DNA of 64,000 nucleotides from an uncultured Eubacteriales bacterium (GTDB lineage Bacteria > Acidobacteriota > Aminicenantia > Aminicenantales > Aminicenantaceae). The position numbers and the translations under genes were made by a program. The notes under the pieces are model-generated. The model made no database searches and was not told the origin of the DNA. It saw only the letters and a list, made by a program, of their open reading frames with translations. The stretch's first letter is position 1. The number at the start of each line of letters is the position of its first letter. The stretch spans positions 2,644 to 66,643 of the forward strand of contig CAZYBE010000007.1 of NCBI GenBank assembly GCA_964645765.1, written 5' to 3'. Below are positions 28,144 to 37,309 of this stretch, piece by piece.

Positions 28144-29759
28144 ACAAGACAAAAAAAGAAGAACAAGAGAAAGCGTCTATCTCTGAAGAAGAGAAAACAA
28201 AAAAAATAGCAGCCCGGTACAACATTCCTTATGTTGACCTTTCAGCCCGCAGTTTGAGCCGGGAACTCGTCCAGTCCTTCCCCCCTGATTTTCTCTACCG
28301 CTCGAACTTCATTCCTTTTGAAGACAACGAGAATGTGCTGAAAATTGCCATCGCCGACCCTTCTGATATCGCTACCATCGACGCCATCGAATCTTATATT
28401 GGAAAGAAGGTGGAAGTCTATGCGGCCCCGTTGAGGGCTATCCATGAAGCGCTGCGAAAGAGCGAGACTGCGCTTCAGGTCCTCAAAGATGCAACAGAAG
28501 GATTCATCACCCAGGTTGTGGAGAAGGAAGGAGGCGAAGAGAAGGAAGTCATCTCGGTGGAGACGCTGGCTGACCAGGACGGCTCAATCATCAAGCTGGT
28601 GAACTCGATCATCTTCACCGCTGTCCAGAAAAGGGCCAGTGATATCCATATCGAATCCAAAGAAGAAGGCGTGATCATCAAATTCCGCATCGACGGTGTT
28701 CTGGGCGAAGCCATGGAGGCGATTAACAAGAAATTTCAGGCTTCGATTATCTCCAGAATCAAGGTCATGTCTGACCTTGATATTGCTGAGCGAAGAGTCC
28801 CTCAGGATGGAAGGTTCAGGCTGAAGATCAGGGATAAGACCATCGATTTTCGTATCTCGATCATGCCCTCCATCTACGGCGAGGATGCTGTCATCCGCAT
28901 CCTCGACAAAGAGATGATCACTGAGGCCATCTCGGAGTTGAGGCTGGATCTCCTCGGTTTTTCCGACGAAGTTCTGGCAAAGTTCAGAAGATATATCACC
29001 CAGCCCTACGGAATGGTGCTCGTAACCGGCCCGACAGGAAGCGGAAAGACGACCACCCTGTACGCCGCTTTGACCGAGATCAAATCTCCTGAGGATAAAA
29101 TCATCACCATCGAAGACCCTGTCGAATACCAGATCGAGGAAATAACCCAGATTCCTGTCAATGAGAAGAAAGGCCTGACCTTTGCCCGCGGCTTGCGCTC
29201 CATCTTGAGGCATGACCCGGACAAAATCATGGTGGGAGAGATCAGGGACCCGGAAACAGCCCAGATCGCCATTCAATCAGCCTTGACCGGACACCTTGTT
29301 TTCACCACTGTCCATGCCAACAACGTCTTCGATGTCATCGGGCGCTTCCTCCATATGCAGGTCGACCCTTACAGTTTCATCTCAGCTCTGAATTGTATCC
29401 TGGCTCAAAGGCTGGTCAGGGTCCTCTGCCCGAAATGCAAGAGCCCTGTCCATTATGGACCGGACCAATTGCGTGAGTCAGGGCTCGACCCGAAAAGATT
29501 CGCAGAAAAAACTTTCTATGAGGTTCGGGGGTGCGGCGACTGCTTCTACACCGGCTTCAAAGGGAGAACAGCCATTGCCGAGCTCCTCGAGCTTTCTGAC
29601 CCGATCCGGGTGATGATTCTGGAGAAAAAGCCCCTTTCCGAGGTGAAGAAGAGGGCCAAGAGTGAAGGCGTGGTTTTCTTGAGAGAGGTGGGGATGCAGA
29701 AAGTCTTAAAAGGCGTAACGAGCCTCAAAGAATTGAACAAAGTCACTTTTGTCGAGTAA
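28140..29759 (+). CDS. pilB: Type IV pilus assembly ATPase PilB (GspE family)
   Basis: 539 aa. N-terminal GspII_E domain, Walker A VTGPTGSGKTTTLYAAL, Asp/His boxes and a tetracysteine CPKC..CGDC zinc motif. Confidence 0.9.
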   Translation: MNKTKKEEQEKASISEEEKTKKIAARYNIPYVDLSARSLSRELVQSFPPDFLYRSNFIPFEDNENVLKIAIADPSDIATIDAIESYIGKKVEVYAAPLRAIHEALRKSETALQVLKDATEGFITQVVEKEGGEEKEVISVETLADQDGSIIKLVNSIIFTAVQKRASDIHIESKEEGVIIKFRIDGVLGEAMEAINKKFQASIISRIKVMSDLDIAERRVPQDGRFRLKIRDKTIDFRISIMPSIYGEDAVIRILDKEMITEAISELRLDLLGFSDEVLAKFRRYITQPYGMVLVTGPTGSGKTTTLYAALTEIKSPEDKIITIEDPVEYQIEEITQIPVNEKKGLTFARGLRSILRHDPDKIMVGEIRDPETAQIAIQSALTGHLVFTTVHANNVFDVIGRFLHMQVDPYSFISALNCILAQRLVRVLCPKCKSPVHYGPDQLRESGLDPKRFAEKTFYEVRGCGDCFYTGFKGRTAIAELLELSDPIRVMILEKKPLSEVKKRAKSEGVVFLREVGMQKVLKGVTSLKELNKVTFVE

Positions 29760-30702
29760 GAAAATGTCTTTGCTTCTGGAGCGAGTGAAAAATTATTTCA
29801 TCCAAGAACCTCTTCCCCACTCGGCTATTCAACTTGCTTCCTCTTACATCAGCGGCATTCGTGTTTCAGCTAAGGAAAAAAAGGTCAAGAGCTATTTTAT
29901 CCTTCCCCTGGAGAAAGGGGTGATCGAGCCCTCCTTCAACCAAAAGAATATCAAAGACCCTTCGCTTCTTGAAAGAAGAGTTAAAGAAGGGCTGGACAGG
30001 CTTCATCTTTCCGAGCGGCGCGTGGCTTGTCTCATTCCGGAGCTATCTCTCAAGGTCTTTGTTTTTTCCTTTGATTCTCTTCCTCCATCCCGTAAGGAAA
30101 GAGAGCAGCTCATCCGCTTCCGGGTGAAAAAGCAGCTTCCCTTGCTTCCTGATGATGCCCGCTTTTCTTTTGATGTCGTTCGCTCCTCGAATTCTCTGAG
30201 AGTTTTGGCTGCAGTCGCCCGCTCGGCTACTATCGGCGAATACGAAGATTTCTTCGCTCGCTTCAATCTAAAAGTCAGAACCCTTGGAATCCCCTCCTTA
30301 AGCCTGAGCCATTTGATGGCCAAGCACAGTGAAGAAGACTTTTTGCTGGTCAACATCGAAGAGGATTTTTTCAGCCTCCTCGCCATACTGGACTCTGGAG
30401 TTTCGCTCTACCGCTCGAAGTCTTTTATGGCCGAGTCTCAGAGAAATTTTTCGGAGCTTCAGAGAGTTGAGCATATCATTAAAGAAGTGGAGAATACTGT
30501 CAATTTCGTCGAGGACAGAGAGAAGAAGAGAGTCAGGTCTTTTTGGGTCCGTCTTGGGCTCTTGGAGAAAGCGACAGAGTCGGCCTCTCTCCTTCGAGAA
30601 AAATCCCCTTTTGCCCTGATGGAGATGGATGCCGCGAAAACTTCGGGGCTGGGTGAAAAAGAAAGGAAGATGTTGTCTCCTCTCATCGGACAAATTCTAT
30701 GA
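29749..30702 (+). CDS. pilM: PilM-like pilus assembly protein
   Basis: 317 aa. Position between pilB and the pilNOPQ genes, with translational coupling. Actin-like PilM is the expected gene here. TTG start at 29749, or ATG at 29764. Confidence 0.5.
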   Translation: MSSKKMSLLLERVKNYFIQEPLPHSAIQLASSYISGIRVSAKEKKVKSYFILPLEKGVIEPSFNQKNIKDPSLLERRVKEGLDRLHLSERRVACLIPELSLKVFVFSFDSLPPSRKEREQLIRFRVKKQLPLLPDDARFSFDVVRSSNSLRVLAAVARSATIGEYEDFFARFNLKVRTLGIPSLSLSHLMAKHSEEDFLLVNIEEDFFSLLAILDSGVSLYRSKSFMAESQRNFSELQRVEHIIKEVENTVNFVEDREKKRVRSFWVRLGLLEKATESASLLREKSPFALMEMDAAKTSGLGEKERKMLSPLIGQIL

Positions 30703-31262
30703 TGGCCGCTAAAAGACTAAGCTTGAATTTAGCCACATATCCCTTGCGGAACAGGAGATTCTTTTTTTTGCTCCTCTCTGTTATGGCCGCTACACTTCTC
30801 CTCATCAGCTATCTGGCCGCAAGAAATTATATTAAATATCGGAGCGAGGCTCAAAAGGTCAGAGCCTCCATCGACAACATCGACCAACTGATTATGGTTG
30901 CCGGAACTGAGGAAAAGAATTTTCGCCGGAAAGTCGAGGAGGCGGTGCGTCAAGATAAGAATAAAATCGATTTGGTTAACAGCATCATCTTGAGAAAAGT
31001 TTTTTCCTGGACAGAGCTTCTCTCCACTCTCGAAAACTCCCTTCCCGACTCAAGCTACATTCTTTCTCTGGCACCGACTCTCACTGAGGATTCAAGGCTG
31101 CAGTTGAGGTTGAGAGTCGTCTCGCAGGATTTGGATAAGCTTTTGGAGTTCTTGACCAAATTAAAAGCCTTAAAGTTCAGGATTAGAATAGAAGGAGAAA
31201 TGGAGAGCGAAAGAGGATTGCTCATTTCTGAGGTTTCTTTGAGCTATGAAAGAGGTATTTGA
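30699..31262 (+). CDS. pilN: PilN-like protein
   Basis: 187 aa with an N-terminal TM anchor followed by a coiled-coil. Synteny within pilMNOPQ. Confidence 0.5.
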   Translation: MMAAKRLSLNLATYPLRNRRFFFLLLSVMAATLLLISYLAARNYIKYRSEAQKVRASIDNIDQLIMVAGTEEKNFRRKVEEAVRQDKNKIDLVNSIILRKVFSWTELLSTLENSLPDSSYILSLAPTLTEDSRLQLRLRVVSQDLDKLLEFLTKLKALKFRIRIEGEMESERGLLISEVSLSYERGI

Positions 31263-31803
31263 TTTATTGGACAGACGGGAAAAGAGAATAACAATCCTTC
31301 TCTGCTCGCTGCTTGGAGTGGCCCTTATCTTCTTCTTGCTCGGCTCCCTGCCGCAGATAAGGCATTATTCCAAGCTGGCCTCTTCCCTCCGCTCCAAAGA
31401 GAAGAGTTACCAGACTGCCGGCCAGAAGACTTCGGAAAGAAGAGAGGAATGGCTGAGGTGGCAACAGGCTCAAAAAGACCTGGAGGATTTAAGAAAAAAA
31501 TATTTTTATGATAAGGACGTTCAGCCCAAGCTCCGGCTTGACCTGGAGCGAATCTTCAGTGAGGCTGGCGTTCGTGTTTCCTCGATAGAATTTACCTATT
31601 TTGAACTGAAGAAGGAAAAAACAAACAGAATCAACATCACCTTCAACCTGAGAAGCTCTTATCCATCCTTGAAAAAGTTCATCCATTTGGTCGAGAAATT
31701 TCCAAAATTTCTGGTTATAGAAAAAATCGATTTCCTGAGCAGCGAGAGTAGCCAGGAAGTCTTGGAGTTAAGGGTTATTTTGGCAGGCTATTATGAGAGC
31801 TAA
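31246..31803 (+). CDS. pilO: PilO-like protein
   Basis: 185 aa with an N-terminal TM anchor and a coiled-coil. Synteny. Confidence 0.5.
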   Translation: MKEVFDLLDRREKRITILLCSLLGVALIFFLLGSLPQIRHYSKLASSLRSKEKSYQTAGQKTSERREEWLRWQQAQKDLEDLRKKYFYDKDVQPKLRLDLERIFSEAGVRVSSIEFTYFELKKEKTNRINITFNLRSSYPSLKKFIHLVEKFPKFLVIEKIDFLSSESSQEVLELRVILAGYYES

Positions 31804-32275
31804 AACTCCGCTCGTTTGTCTTGCGCTCTTTCTTTTCGCCGCTTCTCTTTTGTGCGGGCAGGAAGAGACATCCAAGAAAAAAGATGTTGGGGAAGGAGAA
31901 GGGAAGAGCCTTATCCGGAAAGAGTTATTGTTGAAAGAGAAAAAAGGGCTTCCACTACCGCGACGAAACATCTTCTCCCCCCGAAGAACAGGATTGAGTC
32001 CGTCGGAGCCAAAAGGACCGGCCCTTCAAAAGAATCCAGGTACCGTTGAGCCGGAGCCTTCCCGCGCTTCTTTAAACCTGAGCTACATCGGATACATCGT
32101 TTCCGGGGAGAAGATCATTGCCCTGATTGTTCTTGAAGGGGATATTCTCTACGTGGAGAAGGGAGACATGATTCAAGAGGGAATCAGAATTGGAGAGATT
32201 ACGGCCTCGGAAATAGAAGTCATCGGCCCAGGCTCTGAAAAAAAGAAATTTATGATACAAGGAGACTCGGAATGA
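31793..32275 (+). CDS. pilP: PilP-like lipoprotein
   Basis: 160 aa. Lipobox (LLCGQ). Small periplasmic protein immediately upstream of the secretin gene. Confidence 0.45.
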   Translation: MRAKTPLVCLALFLFAASLLCGQEETSKKKDVGEGEGKSLIRKELLLKEKKGLPLPRRNIFSPRRTGLSPSEPKGPALQKNPGTVEPEPSRASLNLSYIGYIVSGEKIIALIVLEGDILYVEKGDMIQEGIRIGEITASEIEVIGPGSEKKKFMIQGDSE

Positions 32276-34422
32276 AAAAAGCAGTCCTTTTGGCGATAAT
32301 CGCTTTGATCGGCTGGGGATGCGCCACATTCAGCGCAAGTTATAAATTGGGGACCAAGGCTGCACTCAATAAAGATTGGGATAAGGCCATTCGCTATTAT
32401 GAAAGGGCTGTCCGGGATAACCCCGACAATCCTATTTACACGACATCTCTGCTAAGGGCCAAAGTTGCTGCCTCTTATTTTCACCTCAATAAAGCCCGGG
32501 AGCTCGCCTCTCGCCAGAAGATTGAGGAGGCGCGGGCTGAGTATGAAAAAACTCTCTCCTACGGCGTTTTGAACAAGTCTGTGGCCGATGAGGCGGAGGC
32601 TCTGGGCAAGGAGAAAGCCAAGGAAGAGATAGTGAAGGAAGTCAGGATCGAGCCTCCGGTCAAGCTTAAAGTCGACAAACAAAAGATCGAGCTGAGGTTC
32701 CCTGTCCAGGCTCCTCTCAAATCGATTTTTGAAGCCTTGGGAAAGCAAGCTCGAATAAATGTTCTCTTTGATGATCAATTCAGGGATATTCCCAATTTTA
32801 CCTTCAACCTCGCTGATGTGACTTTCGAGGAGGCTCTCAGTCACCTCTGCCTTTCTTCCAGGAATTTTTATGCTATTATCGATGAGAAGACGGTCATGAT
32901 TGCTCCTGACAATCCTCAGAAGAGAGTTCAGTATGAGCTGAATGTCATCAAGACCTTCTATCTCTCCAACGTCAACGCTGATGAGGTTCGTGTCAGCCTG
33001 CAGCAGATGCTCCGCAGCCAGTACAGGCAGCCCCAGGTCACTGTTGATAAGAATTTAAACTCGGTCACTATCAGAGATATTCCGGCTGTAGTCGAGCTGG
33101 CCGAGAAGATTCTCCGCTCCTGGGACAAGGCCAGAGGCGAGGTCTACATCGACCTGGAAATAATGGAAATCTCAAGAATTAGGGTGAGACAGATCGGTGT
33201 GGACCTGGCGCTGGCGACCCAGGCGGTTGGGTTGAAATACATCGGGCCGACGGCTCCCAGTGATAGCTGGTTCAACCTGAAGGGTATTGATTTTTCCAAA
33301 AAGGAATATTTTCAGATCACGCTTCCCACGGCTTATCTGCAGTTTCTGGAATCTGATTCAGACACCAGGATCATCGCCCAGCCCCGGCTTCGAGGAATTG
33401 AGGGTGAGGATATAACCTATCTGGTCGGAGATAAGGTCCCTGTTCCCAGAACGACTTTCTACCCTATCGCCGCCGGAGGCCAGGGCTCGCAACCGATGGT
33501 GAGCTACGATTACCAGGATGTGGGCATCGATGTCAAGATCAAGCCCAGGATACATTCTGAGAAGGAAGTGACTCTGGAGCTGGAGATAAAAATAAAGTCT
33601 TTGTCAGGAACAGGCGTAGCCGACATTCCCATCATCTCCACCAGAGAAGTGAAGAACATCATCAGGCTCAAGGACGGCGAGACAAACCTTCTGGCCGGGC
33701 TGTTAAGGGATGAAGAGAGGAAAACAAAGACCGGGATAGCCGCCCTGAAGGACATTCCTATCCTGGGAGGGCTTTTCTCGAGCACAGACCAGACCATCCA
33801 GCAGACAGATGTCATCCTGACCATTACTCCCCATATCGTCCGCTCGATTTCTCTCGGCGAGCAAGACCTGAAGCCCATCTGGGTTGGACCTGAGGGAGTG
33901 TCAACCGGTGAGAGGGTGAGCGAAGCCGTTTCCGAAGAGGCGTCTGCGGAGAGAAGGGCAAGGCAGAGGGCAGAGCAGGAAGAGACAGCGAGGAGAGAGG
34001 AAAGAGGCCAGAACCGCATTGCCCTCACTCCTTCCAATATTCCGGTTGCCCAGAACCAAGAATTCAGGGTCAATATCAACCTGGCCACCCAGGAGGAGAT
34101 TTCGTCTCTTTCTCTGAGCATAAGCTTTGATTCAAGGCTGGCAAAGTTAAAGGAAGTTGCAAAAGGCGGCCTGCTCGCTCAGCTCGGGGAAGAGGCGCCT
34201 TTCTTGAAGAGCATTGATAATTCTTCCGGCTCCTGCACCATCGGCTTTACCAGCCCTGCCACAGGCAAAGGGATTAGAGGCGTTGGAGTTTTAGCCACCC
34301 TCATCTTTCAAGCCCAGGAAAAAGGTGAGGGCCTGGTCTCAGTCACGGACTCTACGGCCAGCAGTCCATCAGGAAAACCTCTGGCCTTCGAATCCACCCC
34401 CTCTCGGCTCAACGTGAGATAA
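32272..34422 (+). CDS. pilQ: Type IV pilus secretin PilQ with N-terminal lipobox/TPR-like region and C-terminal cohesin-like domain
   Basis: 716 aa. Lipoprotein signal (LIGWGCA). Secretin core (GETNLLAGLLRDEERKTKTGIAALKDIPILGGLFS ... VILTITPHIV). A ~170-aa C-terminal extension resembles a cohesin domain. Confidence 0.85.
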   Translation: MKKAVLLAIIALIGWGCATFSASYKLGTKAALNKDWDKAIRYYERAVRDNPDNPIYTTSLLRAKVAASYFHLNKARELASRQKIEEARAEYEKTLSYGVLNKSVADEAEALGKEKAKEEIVKEVRIEPPVKLKVDKQKIELRFPVQAPLKSIFEALGKQARINVLFDDQFRDIPNFTFNLADVTFEEALSHLCLSSRNFYAIIDEKTVMIAPDNPQKRVQYELNVIKTFYLSNVNADEVRVSLQQMLRSQYRQPQVTVDKNLNSVTIRDIPAVVELAEKILRSWDKARGEVYIDLEIMEISRIRVRQIGVDLALATQAVGLKYIGPTAPSDSWFNLKGIDFSKKEYFQITLPTAYLQFLESDSDTRIIAQPRLRGIEGEDITYLVGDKVPVPRTTFYPIAAGGQGSQPMVSYDYQDVGIDVKIKPRIHSEKEVTLELEIKIKSLSGTGVADIPIISTREVKNIIRLKDGETNLLAGLLRDEERKTKTGIAALKDIPILGGLFSSTDQTIQQTDVILTITPHIVRSISLGEQDLKPIWVGPEGVSTGERVSEAVSEEASAERRARQRAEQEETARREERGQNRIALTPSNIPVAQNQEFRVNINLATQEEISSLSLSISFDSRLAKLKEVAKGGLLAQLGEEAPFLKSIDNSSGSCTIGFTSPATGKGIRGVGVLATLIFQAQEKGEGLVSVTDSTASSPSGKPLAFESTPSRLNVR

Positions 34423-34462
34423 ATTGACTTCACCCTGGCGTTCGACTAAAATCTAACCCGCT

Positions 34463-34536
34463 GGCGGTGTAGCTCAGTTGGTCAGAGCATGCGGCTCATA
34501 TCCGCAGAGTCGGGGGTTCAAATCCCTCCACCGCCA
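34463..34536 (+). tRNA. tRNA with CAT anticodon (elongator Met, or Ile2 if lysidinylated)
   Basis: Cloverleaf with a 7-bp acceptor stem GGCGGTG/CACCGCC, D-arm GCTC..GAGC, anticodon stem TGCGG/CCGCA with loop CTCATAT, and T-arm GGGGG-TTCAAAT-CCCTC. G1-C72 argues against an initiator. tilS lies 90 bp downstream. Confidence 0.85.
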
Positions 34537-34625
34537 CTCCAAAGCTGCCATTGCCAACCAAAGAAAATTCCGTGTTGGGATGATGCGAATTCTTCCTCCA
34601 AAAAAATCTAAGAAGAGCCGCTGAG

Positions 34626-35990
34626 ATGATTTTAGAGAAAGTCAGACAAACGATTGAAGATTACAAGCTCCTCCGAAAAAAAGATAAGATTCTCATTGCC
34701 TGTTCAGGCGGGCCGGATTCCACAGGCTTGCTCCACCTGCTCCTTGAGCTTCGTCAGGAATGGTCTTTTGAGCTTTTCTTAGCCCTTTTTAACCACAGGC
34801 TTCGCCCCTCTTCAGAAGAGGATGAGAAGTTTGTTAAGAGCATGGCTGGCTACCTATCCCTTCCCATTTTTACTGGAAGCAAGGATGTTCGCTCCTATGC
34901 CTGCCAGAAGCGAATGAACATCGAAGAAGCAGGGAGAGAACTCCGCTATGATTTCCTGAAAAGAACCGCGCTTGAAGTTGGCGCAGACAAGATTGCCACC
35001 GGCCACACCATGACCGACCAGGCCGAGACTTTTCTGATGAGACTTTTAAGGGGAAGCGGCCTGAGAGGGCTGGCAGGAATCTTTCCTGCAGTCGAAGGAA
35101 AAATTGTCAGGCCCCTCATCCAGGTCGAGCGCGAAGAAGTCAGGGTTTATCTCGAAGAGAAGGGAATAGAGTTCCGAGTTGACGAGACCAACCTTGACCG
35201 CCGCTTCCTCCGGAATAGAATCAGGCTGGACCTTATTCCTTATGTTAAAGAACATTTTGAGCCCAGAATCATTCTTCATCTCGGCCGACTGGCTTCCATT
35301 GTTCGCGAAGATGATAGGCTTCTTGAAACTGTAGCCCGAGAGAAAAGCCGCCAGGGAATCTTAAAAATGGATGACCGTCTCTCGCTGGATTATAATTTTC
35401 TCTCCTCCCTTCTCCCCGGCTTAGCGAGGCGGGTGGTAAGGGAGTTCATCCTGCAGCTGAGAGGCGACCTGAGAGGGGTCTCCTTTAGAGATGTTGATTC
35501 TATTTTAAATATCAGGGAGGGGAAGGAATACCCTTTGAGAAAAGGCATGATCTTGCGGCGAGAACATGGTCGGCTATTCTTGAAAGAGAAGGCTCCGGCA
35601 AGGGTTCGCTATGAATACACCTGGAATGCGCAAGAGCCTCTTGAGATAAAAGAGACTGACTTGAAATTCATCGGAAAAAAAATCAAGAGAGGTGATTTTC
35701 TCCCTGATTTCGACGACCAGAGAAGAGTTTTCCTCGATTTGGGAAAGCTTAATTTTCCTCTATGGGTTCGAAATCGCCGAGAAGGAGACCGGTATCAGCC
35801 AATAGGAGCTCCCGGAAGAAAGAAGCTCAGAGAGATAATGAGAGCCAAGCGTCTTCCTCTGCGTCAGCGAGAAAAGCAGCCGGTCTTTCTTTCAGGACGT
35901 GAGATAGTCTGGGTTCTGGGCTTCCCGGTCTCCGAGCGCTTTAAAGTCAATGAAGGAACAGGCGAGATTTTTGTGATAGAAAGGCTCTAA
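34626..35990 (+). CDS. tilS: tRNA(Ile)-lysidine synthetase
   Basis: 454 aa. PP-loop SGGPDS near the N-terminus and C-terminal TilS substrate-binding domains. Confidence 0.85.
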   Translation: MILEKVRQTIEDYKLLRKKDKILIACSGGPDSTGLLHLLLELRQEWSFELFLALFNHRLRPSSEEDEKFVKSMAGYLSLPIFTGSKDVRSYACQKRMNIEEAGRELRYDFLKRTALEVGADKIATGHTMTDQAETFLMRLLRGSGLRGLAGIFPAVEGKIVRPLIQVEREEVRVYLEEKGIEFRVDETNLDRRFLRNRIRLDLIPYVKEHFEPRIILHLGRLASIVREDDRLLETVAREKSRQGILKMDDRLSLDYNFLSSLLPGLARRVVREFILQLRGDLRGVSFRDVDSILNIREGKEYPLRKGMILRREHGRLFLKEKAPARVRYEYTWNAQEPLEIKETDLKFIGKKIKRGDFLPDFDDQRRVFLDLGKLNFPLWVRNRREGDRYQPIGAPGRKKLREIMRAKRLPLRQREKQPVFLSGREIVWVLGFPVSERFKVNEGTGEIFVIERL

Positions 35991-36216
35991 ATGTTATTAA
36001 CCCTTTAAGGTGAGAAAAATCCCCCTTAAAAGACTGCAAGAGGGAGAAAAAACCACCTGGGAATTCATCCTTTGCGGCTATTGACGGGAGCAGAGCAAAC
36101 GATTATTAATTAATTGCTTATTATATATTATTAAGAGGGACAAATTTAGGCATAAACTGTCTAAAATATTTAAAAATGAAAAAATCCTTGAGATTAAAAA
36201 GAGGATTTCCAAGGTT

Positions 36217-36231
36217 TGGAAAGGAAGGGGC
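36217..36231 (+). promoter_or_regulatory. Candidate sigma-54 (-24/-12) promoter upstream of the minor-pilin operon
   Basis: TGGaaaggaagGGGC has GG-N10-GC spacing, about 27 nt upstream of the GTG start at 36258. It overlaps the palindrome TTCCAAGGTTTGGAA at 36207-36221. A sigma-54 activator and kinase pair lies at 21.7-26.0 kb. Confidence 0.25.
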
Positions 36232-36257
36232 CCAGATTTTTTTAGGCGAGGAGTAAG

Positions 36258-36806
36258 GTGAGTAAAAAAATAATCGCTTCTTCTTCAAACAATCAAAAGG
36301 CCAGATTTTCATCGGCTGAAAAAGGCTTGACCCTGGTCGAGATTGTGGTCGTTATGGCCATCATGGGCGTTTTGGCCATGGTCTTATACTCCAACTTCAG
36401 AAGCACCACGGTGTTAAGAGAGCTGGAGGGCTCGGCAAGGGACATTCAGACAACTTTGCAGAGAGCCAGATTCCAGGCTGTCAGAATGCGTATGAATCAC
36501 CGAGTGACCTTCGTCGAGCAAAATAACACCTGGTATTTCAATATAGAGAGAGAAGATAGCCCGGGTGGCTGGAACGCTATACCAGGTTCCATAAAAAAAG
36601 CCATACCCACGAAATTCAACGTGACCGTGAACTTTCCCAATCAGACGGTCATGTTCTCGCCCCTCGGCTTCATCTCGAACTTTAATTCCTCTCAAAACGG
36701 CATCAGTCTTCAGTCTGCTGAGCTGCTGCGCAATAAACAGCCTGACCTGAGAGTGATCAATATTTATGCCGGAGGGGCTATTAAATACGCCAAAACAGCC
36801 AGTTAG
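36258..36806 (+). CDS. FimT/GspH-like minor (pseudo)pilin
   Basis: 182 aa. Prepilin motif KG|LTLVEIVVVMAIMGVLA after a 22-aa leader. FimT-like ARDIQTTLQRARFQAVR segment. Confidence 0.7.
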   Translation: MSKKIIASSSNNQKARFSSAEKGLTLVEIVVVMAIMGVLAMVLYSNFRSTTVLRELEGSARDIQTTLQRARFQAVRMRMNHRVTFVEQNNTWYFNIEREDSPGGWNAIPGSIKKAIPTKFNVTVNFPNQTVMFSPLGFISNFNSSQNGISLQSAELLRNKQPDLRVINIYAGGAIKYAKTAS

Positions 36807-36817
36807 GGAGTGAGGAG

Positions 36818-37309
36818 ATGAGTCAAAGAATAAAATTTGGATTTTTGCGGTTTCAAAATAATAAGAGGTCTTTGAAAAAGACTAAATCCAAAGGCACAGA
36901 AGAGAAGGGCTTTTCCTTGATAGAGGTTCTAATCGGAATTGCTCTTATCGGAATTGGCTTGTTAAGCCTGGCCCAGATGTTCTATTTGGGGGTGATGAAC
37001 AATACCAAGTCTGATAGGTTGACTCAGGCTACTTTTTTGGCCCAGCAGCAGATTGATTTTCTGCGCGGCCTCAACGCACAAGAGCTGAATGACCTGGCCG
37101 CCAACAGGATTGACGAAAATATAGATGTCAACGGCGATGGAGTCATCGATGCCAGAAGAATAACCCAGATTGTGCCTGCTGGATTTAGCTACAATGTGAC
37201 TGTTCTTGTTTTCTCAAGAGAGCGGAAAGATGATGACATCAATAACCTCGCTGCTGACCCAGTCAGATACCGTGTCCGAGCAGCCATCAATACAATTATC
37301 AGCAGGTGA
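36818..37309 (+). CDS. pilV: PilV-like minor pilin
   Basis: 163 aa. Prepilin motif KG|FSLIEVLIGIALIGIGLL after an unusually long (~31 aa) basic leader. Confidence 0.65.
   Translation: MSQRIKFGFLRFQNNKRSLKKTKSKGTEEKGFSLIEVLIGIALIGIGLLSLAQMFYLGVMNNTKSDRLTQATFLAQQQIDFLRGLNAQELNDLAANRIDENIDVNGDGVIDARRITQIVPAGFSYNVTVLVFSRERKDDDINNLAADPVRYRVRAAINTIISR

Noticed and set aside
28584-29276. 230-aa minus-strand ORF inside pilB
   Set aside because: Antisense to pilB (Walker motifs and GspE signatures are on the plus strand). No independent evidence.
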